IMG/VR virus record: IMGVR_UViG_3300048920_000015
Coordinates: 1 to 64,000 of that record
Reading direction: 5' to 3' (one strand)
DNA length: 64,000 bases
Source: a virus
Position numbers and translations under genes: made by a program. Numbering within the stretch: the stretch's first letter is position 1; every line of letters starts with the position of its first letter. Under the pieces are notes generated by a model. It worked only from the letters and a program-made list of their open reading frames with translations. It was not told the origin of the DNA and ran no database searches. This document shows, piece by piece, positions 14,740 through 23,275 of this stretch.

Positions 14740-14925
14740 TTAGCAGTTAGAAGAATTCCAGCTATAGCCGGGTTCATATTCGTGAGTGGTGTTGTAGTTA
14801 CGACCACCTTCCAGCTCCAGATCAAACGGGATGCTGTACTCATCCGACAGTTGACGGGCTTGAGCATGTAAGCTTTGGATTTGATCCAGAATCAGGGCGA
14901 TACGGTCAACAGCATACTGCGACAT
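14740..14925 (-). CDS. W-x-SS-x-C family paralogue B, 61 aa (ends YSWNSSNC)
   Basis: Track ORF. Contains EYSIPFDLELEGG...WNSSNC. Confidence 0.6.
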   Translation of the reverse strand: MSQYAVDRIALILDQIQSLHAQARQLSDEYSIPFDLELEGGRNYNTTHEYEPGYSWNSSNC

Positions 14926-14927
14926 AG

Positions 14928-15161
14928 TTACTCTCCTTTAACGTCTTTGAGGGTTGCGAAGGTGTAGCCTTTCCCGTCCTGAACGATCAGTGGGAATGTG
15001 CGGAAGCCCAACATACCAAGCTCATCGAGCACGTCCATCAGGTCTGACATTGTGTAGTCCTGATCAAGCTGGTAGTAGGTGAACTCGATGTTGCGAGACT
15101 TTAGCACAGCTTTCGCTTGTTCACAAGACCCACATTGTGTTTTACCGTAAATTGTTACCAT
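14928..15161 (-). CDS. glutaredoxin/NrdH-like redoxin, 77 aa
   Basis: MVTIYGKTQCGSCEQAK gives a CxxC in thioredoxin-fold context. Lies near the RNR genes. Confidence 0.7.
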   Translation of the reverse strand: MVTIYGKTQCGSCEQAKAVLKSRNIEFTYYQLDQDYTMSDLMDVLDELGMLGFRTFPLIVQDGKGYTFATLKDVKGE

Positions 15162-15304
15162 TAATAGTGTTCCTCATCGTCAACAAATGGATATTCATCA
15201 TCCCAATCATCATCACTACCACCTTCATCAGATTGGTCAGCACCACACTCAGGACAAATCACTTCGTCCCAGTCCACCCGCTCTCCGCAGTCCCAGCAAT
15301 ACAT
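15161..15304 (-). CDS. zinc-ribbon mini-protein with acidic tail, 47 aa (MYCWDCGERVDWDEVICPECGADQSDEGGSDDDWDDEYPFVDDEEHY)
   Basis: Hand-translated. TAATG overlaps at both ends. Confidence 0.45.
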   Translation of the reverse strand: MYCWDCGERVDWDEVICPECGADQSDEGGSDDDWDDEYPFVDDEEHY

Positions 15305-15645
15305 TATGTCTTACCCTCCTTCACCAATTCCTTCACTTTGAAATCACGGTCACGCAGAGTCGAATACCATTGTTCGTGGTATTGAACCCTCATGCGTTGC
15401 AATTGTGCAATCATTCCGTCCAGCTTGTCAAGCCGTTTCTTGAACTGTTTCTCACCCCGAGCATCGAAGTCCAGATTGACAGGGCGACCGCCGCAGTCAC
15501 GAATCTGAATATCGCCAGAGATGTATGGATCGTGCTTGACAGTCCATTCGTCCAAGTCTTTAACACGTGGTGTCTCGACAGTGCAAACCATACTGCCAGT
15601 TTCACCGGCGTCTTCCGTTAGGAAGCGTTTCTCCGTGTGACGCAT
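15304..15645 (-). CDS. hypothetical protein, 113 aa
   Basis: Track ORF. Confidence 0.6.
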   Translation of the reverse strand: MRHTEKRFLTEDAGETGSMVCTVETPRVKDLDEWTVKHDPYISGDIQIRDCGGRPVNLDFDARGEKQFKKRLDKLDGMIAQLQRMRVQYHEQWYSTLRDRDFKVKELVKEGKT

Positions 15646-15681
15646 AACAAAAATCCCTCGCTACCGTTTCTGATAGGAGGG
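15646..15681 (-). terminator. terminator-like hairpin (10 bp with one bulge) plus ATTTTTGTT; it sequesters the GAGGGA RBS of 15304..15645
   Basis: Stem 15655..15681. The -10 of the promoter at 15682..15710 abuts its 5' arm. Confidence 0.5.
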
Positions 15682-15710
15682 ATTCTACTCTTAGGATGGA
15701 GGGCCGTCAA
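15682..15710 (-). promoter_or_regulatory. sigma70-type promoter TTGACG-17-TAGAAT
   Basis: Overlaps the last codons of 15691..16050. Confidence 0.6.
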
Positions 15711-16050
15711 GTCCTTTCTTGTACGAATCGAAAGCAATTCGTGTGACAGCTTGCGTGTACTCACGTGTCACTAGGTTCTTCGTCAGAGCTTGGCTGTTGT
15801 AAGCGATAAGCTCCGCACCCATTTCAGTCTCAAACTGCCCCTGAAGGGTAGCCAGATTCTCAAGGTCACGTGTGTCCTCAGCGGTATCAAGGAACGTGGC
15901 GTAGACGCGATCCTGAGCCGGTGTGAGGTGGATAGTGAAGTCAGGTGCAACGGTATCATCAGTCAGGACAAGAGTCGCCCCAGTGTTGTCTACGGTTGTA
16001 ACAAGGCTACCACCAGTTGCAAGCACGGTTGTGTTGATTACAGGTGTCAT
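15691..16050 (-). CDS. hypothetical protein, 119 aa
   Basis: Track ORF. Confidence 0.6.
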   Translation of the reverse strand: MTPVINTTVLATGGSLVTTVDNTGATLVLTDDTVAPDFTIHLTPAQDRVYATFLDTAEDTRDLENLATLQGQFETEMGAELIAYNSQALTKNLVTREYTQAVTRIAFDSYKKGLDGPPS

Positions 16051-16592
16051 GTGTTTCTCCTAATCCCGAGATGAATTTTACTGACATGCTGTCGGGATAT
16101 ACCAAACATGGCAGCTATTTTAGATTGTGAGAGTTGACTTTTCAAGGTTTTAATCTCTTCAATCTGAACCTCAGATAGTTTACAAGCTGGGTTAGACTCA
16201 CCCGAGGCAGAGTAGTTCCTACCTTGCGAATGCATGTGATAAGTATTCTCTTTTGGAGTACACCACTCAAGATTGCAAACATTATTGTTTGTTCGGTCGT
16301 TATCAATATGGTTGATAACCTCCTTGCCTTCTACCTTGTCAATAAAATGCTCAGCGACAAGCCGGTGTACCTTCCACACGACATTACGGCCTTGATCTTG
16401 TAGGGTTACCTTACAGTATCCAGCACTATCTGTAGTAGCTTTTAGTGGTCGCCCTCTAAGATTCTTAGTTACAAGTCTACTACAAGCAACCGTGCGATCT
16501 TTCGACCGCACGTTACCCATATTACTGACTTGATAGAAAGATTCGTATCCCTTTACATCAACCCAAGCCTCGATCACTGGCAAACCTCGCAC
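16047..16592 (-). CDS. free-standing HNH homing endonuclease, 181 aa (NUMOD4-like, HNH_3-like and C-terminal HTH regions)
   Basis: WVDVKGYESFYQVSNMGNVRS, HRLVAEHFI...INHIDNDRTNNNVCNLEW and SQSKIAAMFGISRQHVSKI. Overlaps the nrdA 3' end by 19 nt. Confidence 0.8.
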   Translation of the reverse strand: MRGLPVIEAWVDVKGYESFYQVSNMGNVRSKDRTVACSRLVTKNLRGRPLKATTDSAGYCKVTLQDQGRNVVWKVHRLVAEHFIDKVEGKEVINHIDNDRTNNNVCNLEWCTPKENTYHMHSQGRNYSASGESNPACKLSEVQIEEIKTLKSQLSQSKIAAMFGISRQHVSKIHLGIRRNT

Positions 16593-18304
16593 ACTTCCAC
16601 TCTAACAATGTCACCACTACCTCTCATGCTATAGATGTAATACAGAGACAAGATGTTTGGATCGTTGAATGCAATCCTGTGAATCTTGCCGATGTACTCT
16701 GGTGTATCGTTAGAGGTAAAGTAGAGGTTGATACTTTGCCCTTGGTCGATCCACGGTTGACGTTGAGAACACAGACGCAGGTGATCTTCCATTGGAATCT
16801 CAAATCCTGTTCTGAATACAGCTTTCTCTTCGTCGGCCAGCCATGTTACATGTTGGACAGAACCTTTACGCTCGTTCATATCCTTGACGCATTGACTGAT
16901 ATCCAATCCTTTCTTCTTGATCAGTTCCAACAGCACTTTGTTGATGCGGAAGAACTCACCACCAGCGGATTGTTTGGTGAAGCACATGGCAACGTCCAGA
17001 CCAATACCCTCAGAAGCTCCTGCCATCAACTCAGCGGTTGATTTGGTAGGTGGCATCATCAGCATTGTGGCGTTACGTTGTCCAAGCCCTGTGCAGCCGT
17101 CAGGCTCTCCCAGAGTGACAGCCAGCCAAGAGTTGGCAGCGGTAGCATCTTTGAAGATTCCACGGAAGATTTTGGTGTTCAACATCATAGCTTCCATGCT
17201 CGAAACAGACAACATCTCAGCCTGCAACAAAGTGTGGAAACCTAGAACCCCAGAACCCAAGGCACGGAAGTCTTTTGTGAACTTGTAAATCTTCTGCATA
17301 GCACGCTTGTCCATCGGCGTCATTTCATCCATGCACTCCAGATACTCAGAGATGTTACAGTCACTCATAACTTGACCAACAAACACCAAGTGTTCAGGCC
17401 AACTACGGTAAAGTTCCAAGTTGTAGTTCAGGATTACACAACTGAATGTGTACTCATGGTTTGCTGGCAAGTTTGTCTCTTGGCAAAGGTTGCTAGCTCT
17501 TGCACGTAGTCCAGCACGTTTAAATGCTTTAGCCAGCTTACGGTTCATCTTATCAATGAACGAGAAGTATCCTTTACCACGTGGCATCTTAATACCAAGC
17601 ATCTTAGCAAACTTGCGAAGGGCTTCAGGGTCTTCAGCGTTCATCTGGTCTGTAAACTCATCGTCAATCAACCAGCCAACGTTATTACTCTCTGTGCGTT
17701 CGTACAGGAAGTCTGCAACCTTATCAAAATCCCCATGTTGAGGACGTAGGCTGTAAGCACACGATCCACGGCGTGGCCCTTGAGCTACCTCTTCCATAAC
17801 GTTGATGATGTCACGTACCAGCGGCATAAGCCCCTGAGAACGTCCACCACGAATCTTGTCACCCTCGGCAGGCCAGTCATCAAGGCAGTAGCTTGTGCCA
17901 TGGCTGTGCTTCGTCAGGATAGCAGCTTCTGTGAGAAAGTCGTAACGGTCAAACAGGTTGTTGCCAACGTTACCACCAGCACAGCTTACAGTAGTTCCGC
18001 GTTTACGGATACCGCCGTTTGCCAGCAGTGGTGTAGAGGGGCTAATGAAGCCGTCCCACATAGTCTGGAAGAATGCGTCTTCCCATGTTTTGCCCGCCCA
18101 GTAAGGGTTTGTATTCCACCACTCAGGGTACACTTCAGGAGCGTGCTTTGCCATAGCTTGAGCTACACTTCTGAAGCGGCTCTTTACTGTTTCGTTGTTG
18201 TACGAATACTTGTCGTAGAACAACTGGATACCTCCGGTAGTGTACCACGGTGGGCACACTCCGTCTTCAATTTGTTGCTTTCTTAGTGCAGAGTAGTCAA
18301 TCAT
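16574..18304 (-). CDS. nrdA: ribonucleotide reductase large subunit (class I, no ATP-cone), 576 aa
   Basis: SNLCQETNLP (NLCxE active site), GSGVLGFH, PPTKSTA, and a C-terminal CEVC pair. Confidence 0.9.
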   Translation of the reverse strand: MIDYSALRKQQIEDGVCPPWYTTGGIQLFYDKYSYNNETVKSRFRSVAQAMAKHAPEVYPEWWNTNPYWAGKTWEDAFFQTMWDGFISPSTPLLANGGIRKRGTTVSCAGGNVGNNLFDRYDFLTEAAILTKHSHGTSYCLDDWPAEGDKIRGGRSQGLMPLVRDIINVMEEVAQGPRRGSCAYSLRPQHGDFDKVADFLYERTESNNVGWLIDDEFTDQMNAEDPEALRKFAKMLGIKMPRGKGYFSFIDKMNRKLAKAFKRAGLRARASNLCQETNLPANHEYTFSCVILNYNLELYRSWPEHLVFVGQVMSDCNISEYLECMDEMTPMDKRAMQKIYKFTKDFRALGSGVLGFHTLLQAEMLSVSSMEAMMLNTKIFRGIFKDATAANSWLAVTLGEPDGCTGLGQRNATMLMMPPTKSTAELMAGASEGIGLDVAMCFTKQSAGGEFFRINKVLLELIKKKGLDISQCVKDMNERKGSVQHVTWLADEEKAVFRTGFEIPMEDHLRLCSQRQPWIDQGQSINLYFTSNDTPEYIGKIHRIAFNDPNILSLYYIYSMRGSGDIVRVEVCEVCQ

Positions 18305-19359
18305 TCAATTTCTCCAGTTTCAATATATCCACGAATAAAGCCAGATTCGTCCCAGCCGCTTTCATACTCCATACCCATACCCGGAGTAAAGAAGTCAACC
18401 ATCTTGTACGAGTCAGTGCCCAATTCAAACCACTTAGTGATAGGAGAAGTTGCATCAGGGAATGGAAGGTCCAATCCAAGACGTTCTGCAAACACGTTAA
18501 GTCTTACTTTGATGTAGTTCTTGAAGTCCTCTTTGGTCATGCCATTAAGTGTGTCTTCAAGGAATGCAAGATCAATGATCAAACACTCATGTTCGTAGGC
18601 GTATTGAATTGCCTTGTAAATCTGCTCAACACGTACAGTGTCTTCACGTAGAGGGCGTCCCAACTCTTTGTAGTGTTGGTTGATTGCCCAAGCAGCAGCG
18701 AATCCATGCAAGTCTTCGTCAATAGCAGATTGGTTAGTACCACGAACAGTTACAGCGATTTTGTTATAACCATTAGTTTGGAAGCTCTTCAGGATTGCAA
18801 AGTTTGCAAACAACAGGGCTGTTTCAGTCATCGAGAATACAATAACAGACAACAGTCTATCTTCACCGCTCAGTACCTTTTCAAGCCATTCAACACGTGC
18901 AGCCAACTCAGGGTTAGCAGCATAGGCACGGTAGTGCTCATCTGTGTCAAGACCAAGTTGCACATTAAGTTGGTTGTAGAAGCGGGCATGTACTTGCAAT
19001 TCGAAAGCAGCAAATGCTGCTGCCATTGCCTTAGCTTCAGGCGTTGGGAACACTCGGATAAACAAACCGTTCCAGAACTCTTCACCAACGATTAACTCAT
19101 ACTTGAGGAACAGTTGCAATACAAACTTAACAGCGTGAAGTTGTGCAGGGGTTAGATCGAACAGAAGTTGCATACGATCAAGCTCAACTTTCATTTCGGT
19201 GTTTGTCCAGAATTGCTTGTCAAACTGTTGGTCTGCAAACTCCAAGAATTGTGGGTAGACGGTAGCATAACTATCTGTTTCAGTCATGATACGTGTCTTT
19301 GCGTTAAAGTCGAACGGCAGTCCCATTACTACCGCTTCTAGTTCAATTTCACCTTGCAC
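18301..19359 (-). CDS. nrdB: ribonucleotide reductase small subunit, 352 aa
   Basis: Di-iron ligand motifs FELQVHARFY, TETALLF and IDEDLHG. Adjacent to nrdA. GTG start after AAGGAA. Confidence 0.85.
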   Translation of the reverse strand: MQGEIELEAVVMGLPFDFNAKTRIMTETDSYATVYPQFLEFADQQFDKQFWTNTEMKVELDRMQLLFDLTPAQLHAVKFVLQLFLKYELIVGEEFWNGLFIRVFPTPEAKAMAAAFAAFELQVHARFYNQLNVQLGLDTDEHYRAYAANPELAARVEWLEKVLSGEDRLLSVIVFSMTETALLFANFAILKSFQTNGYNKIAVTVRGTNQSAIDEDLHGFAAAWAINQHYKELGRPLREDTVRVEQIYKAIQYAYEHECLIIDLAFLEDTLNGMTKEDFKNYIKVRLNVFAERLGLDLPFPDATSPITKWFELGTDSYKMVDFFTPGMGMEYESGWDESGFIRGYIETGEIE

Positions 19360-19361
19360 TT

Positions 19362-19706
19362 TTATTCCTTAATATCAGTTGGAGATAGAGTACCTTGATA
19401 ATTCATTTGACGTAGGGTGTGACGCAAGCTCTTATCTTTTGTGGCTTCGATTTGAGCCTCCATGCTTGCACAACCAGTTGCCAGCCACGCTTTATCGGTA
19501 CGTTCGAAGCCTTCAACACGAATGCCGTAGTACTCAATGTTGTTGATTGTTCTGTGGTTGCAGGCTACAAGTTCGTAACCAAGTTCCACTTCAAATCCGT
19601 TTGTTTGAAGGATTGCTTCAAACACTTTCTTGTTTTGTGTGTCGTAGGCTTCTTTAAAGCCATCAACCATCATTAGATCATGAAAACTCAGGGCGTAATC
19701 AGCCAT
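19362..19706 (-). CDS. hypothetical protein, 114 aa
   Basis: Track ORF trimmed to MADYAL (AGAGG RBS). Confidence 0.55.
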   Translation of the reverse strand: MADYALSFHDLMMVDGFKEAYDTQNKKVFEAILQTNGFEVELGYELVACNHRTINNIEYYGIRVEGFERTDKAWLATGCASMEAQIEATKDKSLRHTLRQMNYQGTLSPTDIKE

Positions 19707-20610
19707 TGGACACCTCTTCATATTTGTTGCAAACGTTATTCGGAATCAGCTGTCTGTGCTGCACCCATCCGATGAAATTACCAGACCAGAAGTTACCACT
19801 TCTGTCTACATGCGTTATACCCTCTTGCCAAGGCTCTGACTGATTATGCCAGTGCTCGTTGTATGGGCGCTCCATTGGGGACGCCTGATGCTCGAATGGG
19901 CTGGCATGTACCGGCTCACTCTCTACAAGGCGCTTATACACCATCTGAGCCTTCTCCAGTGTATCATCCAGCTTACGGTAACTCACTTGAGCGCAGCAGC
20001 TAGAAGAGATTGCTAGAGCTTCTTGCAGAGTTACACCACACTTCGGTGTCCAATACCCACTGTTGAAGTATGGAACGTGCCACTCGCCCGGTTTCAATTC
20101 AAACGGTGTGCTGTTCTGTAGAGCTTCCCACATCAAACGAGCAAGCTCTTTGATTTCAGGTTGTGCGTCTTCGTGGTTTCGAAGCCAAAAGAAGTTGTCC
20201 ATGCAAGTAGCAGTCATAACAGTTTTCATCGTCTGGAATGGTTCAAGGATACGGTTTGTCGCTTGCTTGTGTAGACCTACGTCAGTCAATGCCCCAGCAA
20301 CGTTTGCCGCATACTTGGCAGCTTTCAACCAAAGGTACTTGGCAGAGTAGGTGAGAGCATCAGACAGAGCTTCTTTGGCTTGCATCCCCGCTTGGTTTTT
20401 ACCCCAATGGATAGGCATAGCCGGGTTCTCTTCAACTTGACTGATGATAGTCGCAACGGGAATAGCCCGAGAGGAAGCAGCATTCCGTGAGAACAGACGA
20501 TGGGTCATGAACTCCCCGTGAATGAAGCGTGGATACTCCAACTCCCACGTAACGATCATCTGACCATTAGGCGCGGTGGAGTGAGCAATGATTTTTGCTG
20601 AAATTGTCAT
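19699..20610 (-). CDS. thyX: FAD-dependent thymidylate synthase ThyX, 303 aa
   Basis: ThyX signature THRLFSRNAASSRA (RHRxxSxxxxSxR-like). Confidence 0.85.
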   Translation of the reverse strand: MTISAKIIAHSTAPNGQMIVTWELEYPRFIHGEFMTHRLFSRNAASSRAIPVATIISQVEENPAMPIHWGKNQAGMQAKEALSDALTYSAKYLWLKAAKYAANVAGALTDVGLHKQATNRILEPFQTMKTVMTATCMDNFFWLRNHEDAQPEIKELARLMWEALQNSTPFELKPGEWHVPYFNSGYWTPKCGVTLQEALAISSSCCAQVSYRKLDDTLEKAQMVYKRLVESEPVHASPFEHQASPMERPYNEHWHNQSEPWQEGITHVDRSGNFWSGNFIGWVQHRQLIPNNVCNKYEEVSNG

Positions 20611-20621
20611 TAATTCTCCTT

Positions 20622-20656
20622 ATAAAACAAAGGGAAACCTTTTTACGGGTTTCCCT
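20622..20656 (-). terminator. strong hairpin (AGGGAAACC/GGTTTCCCT) plus TTTGTTTTAT, between a promoter and the thyX RBS
   Basis: Stem 20631..20656. Confidence 0.6.
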
Positions 20657-20683
20657 TGTTGGTGATTGCCTGTGTAGGAGGTT

Positions 20684-20713
20684 ATTATACCCCGACTTGC
20701 GACCTTGAGTCAA
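20684..20713 (-). promoter_or_regulatory. sigma70-type promoter TTGACT-18-TATAAT
   Basis: -10 overlaps the stop codon of 20685..21326. Confidence 0.55.
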
Positions 20714-21326
20714 CAAATTTCCCACGCAAAAGCAGTTCAAGTTGAGACAGAACACCGAAGGCTTCGTGGGCCTTGTGCACCAGACTCGACTCTGGGTCTA
20801 CACACTCAAGTGCTGGCAAGCCTTCAACGACACGCTGCATGATGTAGTCAGAGCGGTGACGACTGGCTGCGGCAGCCAGAGCAATCTCAGGGTTGTCCAG
20901 ATTCTGCCAGTCATGATCTTTGTAGCCTTTGGCAGTTTGTGCCCAAGTCATAACCTTCGCCACTTCACGTAGAGCAAGTGGGAAGCCATCGTCAACCAAT
21001 TCTACACGAACCTTACCAAGCTTGCGAGTACCAAGTTCGGGACGATACATGCCAAGCTCTTCAGCAGGACGTTCAGTCTGTTCTTTGGCTGGCTTGACGA
21101 TCAGTGGATGTTTAGTAACTTCAACAATACCTACATCACCTTCTTCAAAGAACTCAAACTTATCATCACGGAAGAAGTAGGCAACACTTACATCGTCATC
21201 ACGGTAAGATTCACGACGAATTAGTGGTGTTCCGATTGGCAGGTCACGCCACTTACGCATGAGAACAGCATGGGAGCCGTTAGGTTGTGCAAACATCTCA
21301 TCAATAGTCAGTGCTCTTACGCTCAT
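20685..21326 (-). CDS. 213-aa protein; C-terminal half resembles the dATP/dGTP diphosphohydrolase N-terminal (DUF5664-type) domain
   Basis: LALREVAKVMTWAQTAKGYKDHDWQN...AAASRHRSDY fits the KY..NW...A..RH pattern as I remember it. Confidence 0.55.
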   Translation of the reverse strand: MSVRALTIDEMFAQPNGSHAVLMRKWRDLPIGTPLIRRESYRDDDVSVAYFFRDDKFEFFEEGDVGIVEVTKHPLIVKPAKEQTERPAEELGMYRPELGTRKLGKVRVELVDDGFPLALREVAKVMTWAQTAKGYKDHDWQNLDNPEIALAAAASRHRSDYIMQRVVEGLPALECVDPESSLVHKAHEAFGVLSQLELLLRGKFVDSRSQVGV

Positions 21327-21520
21327 TCATCTTTCTCCAAAACTGCTGTGATGGGTTCGTCAAGTTCAAGTGCATCCTCAAGGATGGCCTTTGCAGTTGC
21401 AATCTTGATCAACAGGATCATCAACTGCTCAGGGGTATCGCCATGCTCATTCAGAAGCCCCTGTACGAACTTGTGAAGCTCTTCAGGGCTTACCAGCTCC
21501 ATAGCATTAACTGTGCTCAT
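21323..21520 (-). CDS. hypothetical acidic protein, 65 aa
   Basis: Track ORF. Confidence 0.55.
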   Translation of the reverse strand: MSTVNAMELVSPEELHKFVQGLLNEHGDTPEQLMILLIKIATAKAILEDALELDEPITAVLEKDE

Positions 21521-21675
21521 ACTTGTTCCTCCAGATTGCTCTCAAGCCCGAGAAGGATCACTTTAAGAATGTCTACAGCCTTTTCAGGGTTGTCTGGGAA
21601 ACGTTCCTGTAGGATGTCGAGGACATCAAAGGCTGCTGTAGCCTGCTCAACACTAAGCTTGAAATCGTGCTTCAT
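21517..21675 (-). CDS. hypothetical protein, 52 aa
   Basis: Track ORF trimmed to MKHDFKL after AAGGAG. Confidence 0.45.
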   Translation of the reverse strand: MKHDFKLSVEQATAAFDVLDILQERFPDNPEKAVDILKVILLGLESNLEEQV

Positions 21676-21892
21676 TTTGTTCTCCTTTCTCATTAATCTT
21701 GTTGAAGTAGCGGCGGATCGTGTAACCACGCCCAATACTCCACACTGTACAGCCAACAGTGGCGACAGTTGCGGAGATTACAGGGTTTGACCACAGGGAT
21801 AGGCAACCCATCGTAATGAGCCAGCTTCCCACCATTCCAACACCAGTGTTTGTCATTGTCTCTTTGAGAGACTGTTTCTTCGTTTGTGCCAT
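21653..21892 (-). CDS. small membrane protein, 79 aa, 2 TM
   Basis: Track ORF trimmed to MAQTKKQ after GGAGG. Confidence 0.5.
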   Translation of the reverse strand: MAQTKKQSLKETMTNTGVGMVGSWLITMGCLSLWSNPVISATVATVGCTVWSIGRGYTIRRYFNKINEKGEQNEARFQA

Positions 21893-21942
21893 AAAGCCCT
21901 CCAATGAAAGAAGGGCCATCTTACGATAGCCCCTCTCTGGTG

Positions 21943-22716
21943 TCAAGCGTATTTTTTGGTGAGGAAGTCCAGAGAGACAGGGCATGGCAAGCCAAAGCCG
22001 TCTTCCACTTCATTGAGCACCATGATACCACGGAAGTGTTGGTTTCCTTGGTGGCCTTTGTACGCTTCATCGTGAGGGTAACATGCACCGTTGATGATGC
22101 CAATACGGTATTTCCCGTCAAGCTGGTTGTCAGCAATTGCAATGTCCAGAACTTGCTTGTGACCAACTACGAAAGAAGAGCCAACAGCCTTCAGTTGTGC
22201 GGCAGCATTACCAGCACGTGGACGCCCGTTCATTGGGTTGACCAAGTAGTGGACATAGTAGATGCCGTCAATGCAAACTGGTTTCAAGTAAGGGGCAACT
22301 TCCCAACCGTATTGCTCCAGACCGAGTGTAGCCAAACCAACAAGGCCGTACAACTCTGGATTGTCGTTGGCGTAACGGTCAAACCGATCTTCGTGATTCC
22401 CCGGACAAAATACCATCTTAGGGCTGTAAACCTTTTTCTTGTTGGCACGTTGTTGCTCCTGTAGTGCGATGATTGGAGCCATCAGCTTGACCATACCCTC
22501 ATGACCAGCTTTAACGTCATCAATAACGCGGCGGCCTTCCATCACTTTCTTTCCCTTGTCATAGCTGGAAAGGCTTGGGAAGTCCCAGTGGTCGCCAATG
22601 TGGACAATGACATCTGGCTTCTTTTCAGCAATATACTGACCGATGTAACCCATGTACTCCAAGCTTTCTTCTGGCTTTGCCTGTGTGTCTGCGATGATGA
22701 TGTGTTTCTTACTCAT
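21943..22716 (-). CDS. calcineurin-like metallophosphoesterase, 257 aa
   Basis: IIADTQ, VHIGDHWD and PGNHEDR match the D-x-H / GD / GNHE phosphoesterase motifs. Confidence 0.75.
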   Translation of the reverse strand: MSKKHIIIADTQAKPEESLEYMGYIGQYIAEKKPDVIVHIGDHWDFPSLSSYDKGKKVMEGRRVIDDVKAGHEGMVKLMAPIIALQEQQRANKKKVYSPKMVFCPGNHEDRFDRYANDNPELYGLVGLATLGLEQYGWEVAPYLKPVCIDGIYYVHYLVNPMNGRPRAGNAAAQLKAVGSSFVVGHKQVLDIAIADNQLDGKYRIGIINGACYPHDEAYKGHQGNQHFRGIMVLNEVEDGFGLPCPVSLDFLTKKYA

Positions 22717-23063
22717 ACTTTCTCCTCTGGTTTCCACAATTTGGCGAATTTCAATACGTTCGGAACTGCATCAGATTCAACTGGCAGAACAACTAGGCAA
22801 CTACCCTTACCACCACAGATGGTGTTTTCATGACCTTCGTGATGTGTCAGGGTGTCTTTGATTTTGTCGTACTCCTTTCGGTTAACACGCAACACAACTT
22901 TTCTGAATGAGTTGTGGAACCAATCGTAGTAAGTGTCATCTTCACTAAATGGAAAGTTACCTTCGACAAACTTGGAGTGAGCATTTAAGATGCTGTGTGC
23001 TACCAGAGTTGGCACCATGTAGTCTGGTGCCTCGTCTAGAATAGCGATGTACATCTTCTTCAT
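22713..23063 (-). CDS. hypothetical protein, 116 aa (weak PTH2-like impression only)
   Basis: Track ORF. No firm motif. Confidence 0.55.
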   Translation of the reverse strand: MKKMYIAILDEAPDYMVPTLVAHSILNAHSKFVEGNFPFSEDDTYYDWFHNSFRKVVLRVNRKEYDKIKDTLTHHEGHENTICGGKGSCLVVLPVESDAVPNVLKFAKLWKPEEKV

Positions 23064-23275
23064 ACTTGCACCTCAGTGAAAATGGACCACTCTTTAATAC
23101 GCATATCGCCTCGTGGGTCACACTGACGCTCTGTGCCGAAACCATCATCCATTGAGATATCGTCAAGGGTGCATTCGATTGCATCTGCTATATGCTCCGC
23201 AATACCTTCATCCTCTTCGACAACTTCAATCAGGCGTTTAAGCACGATCAGTAAATTTGTTTGCACTTCTGTCAT
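23060..23275 (-). CDS. hypothetical acidic protein, 71 aa
   Basis: Track ORF. Confidence 0.55.
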   Translation of the reverse strand: MTEVQTNLLIVLKRLIEVVEEDEGIAEHIADAIECTLDDISMDDGFGTERQCDPRGDMRIKEWSIFTEVQV

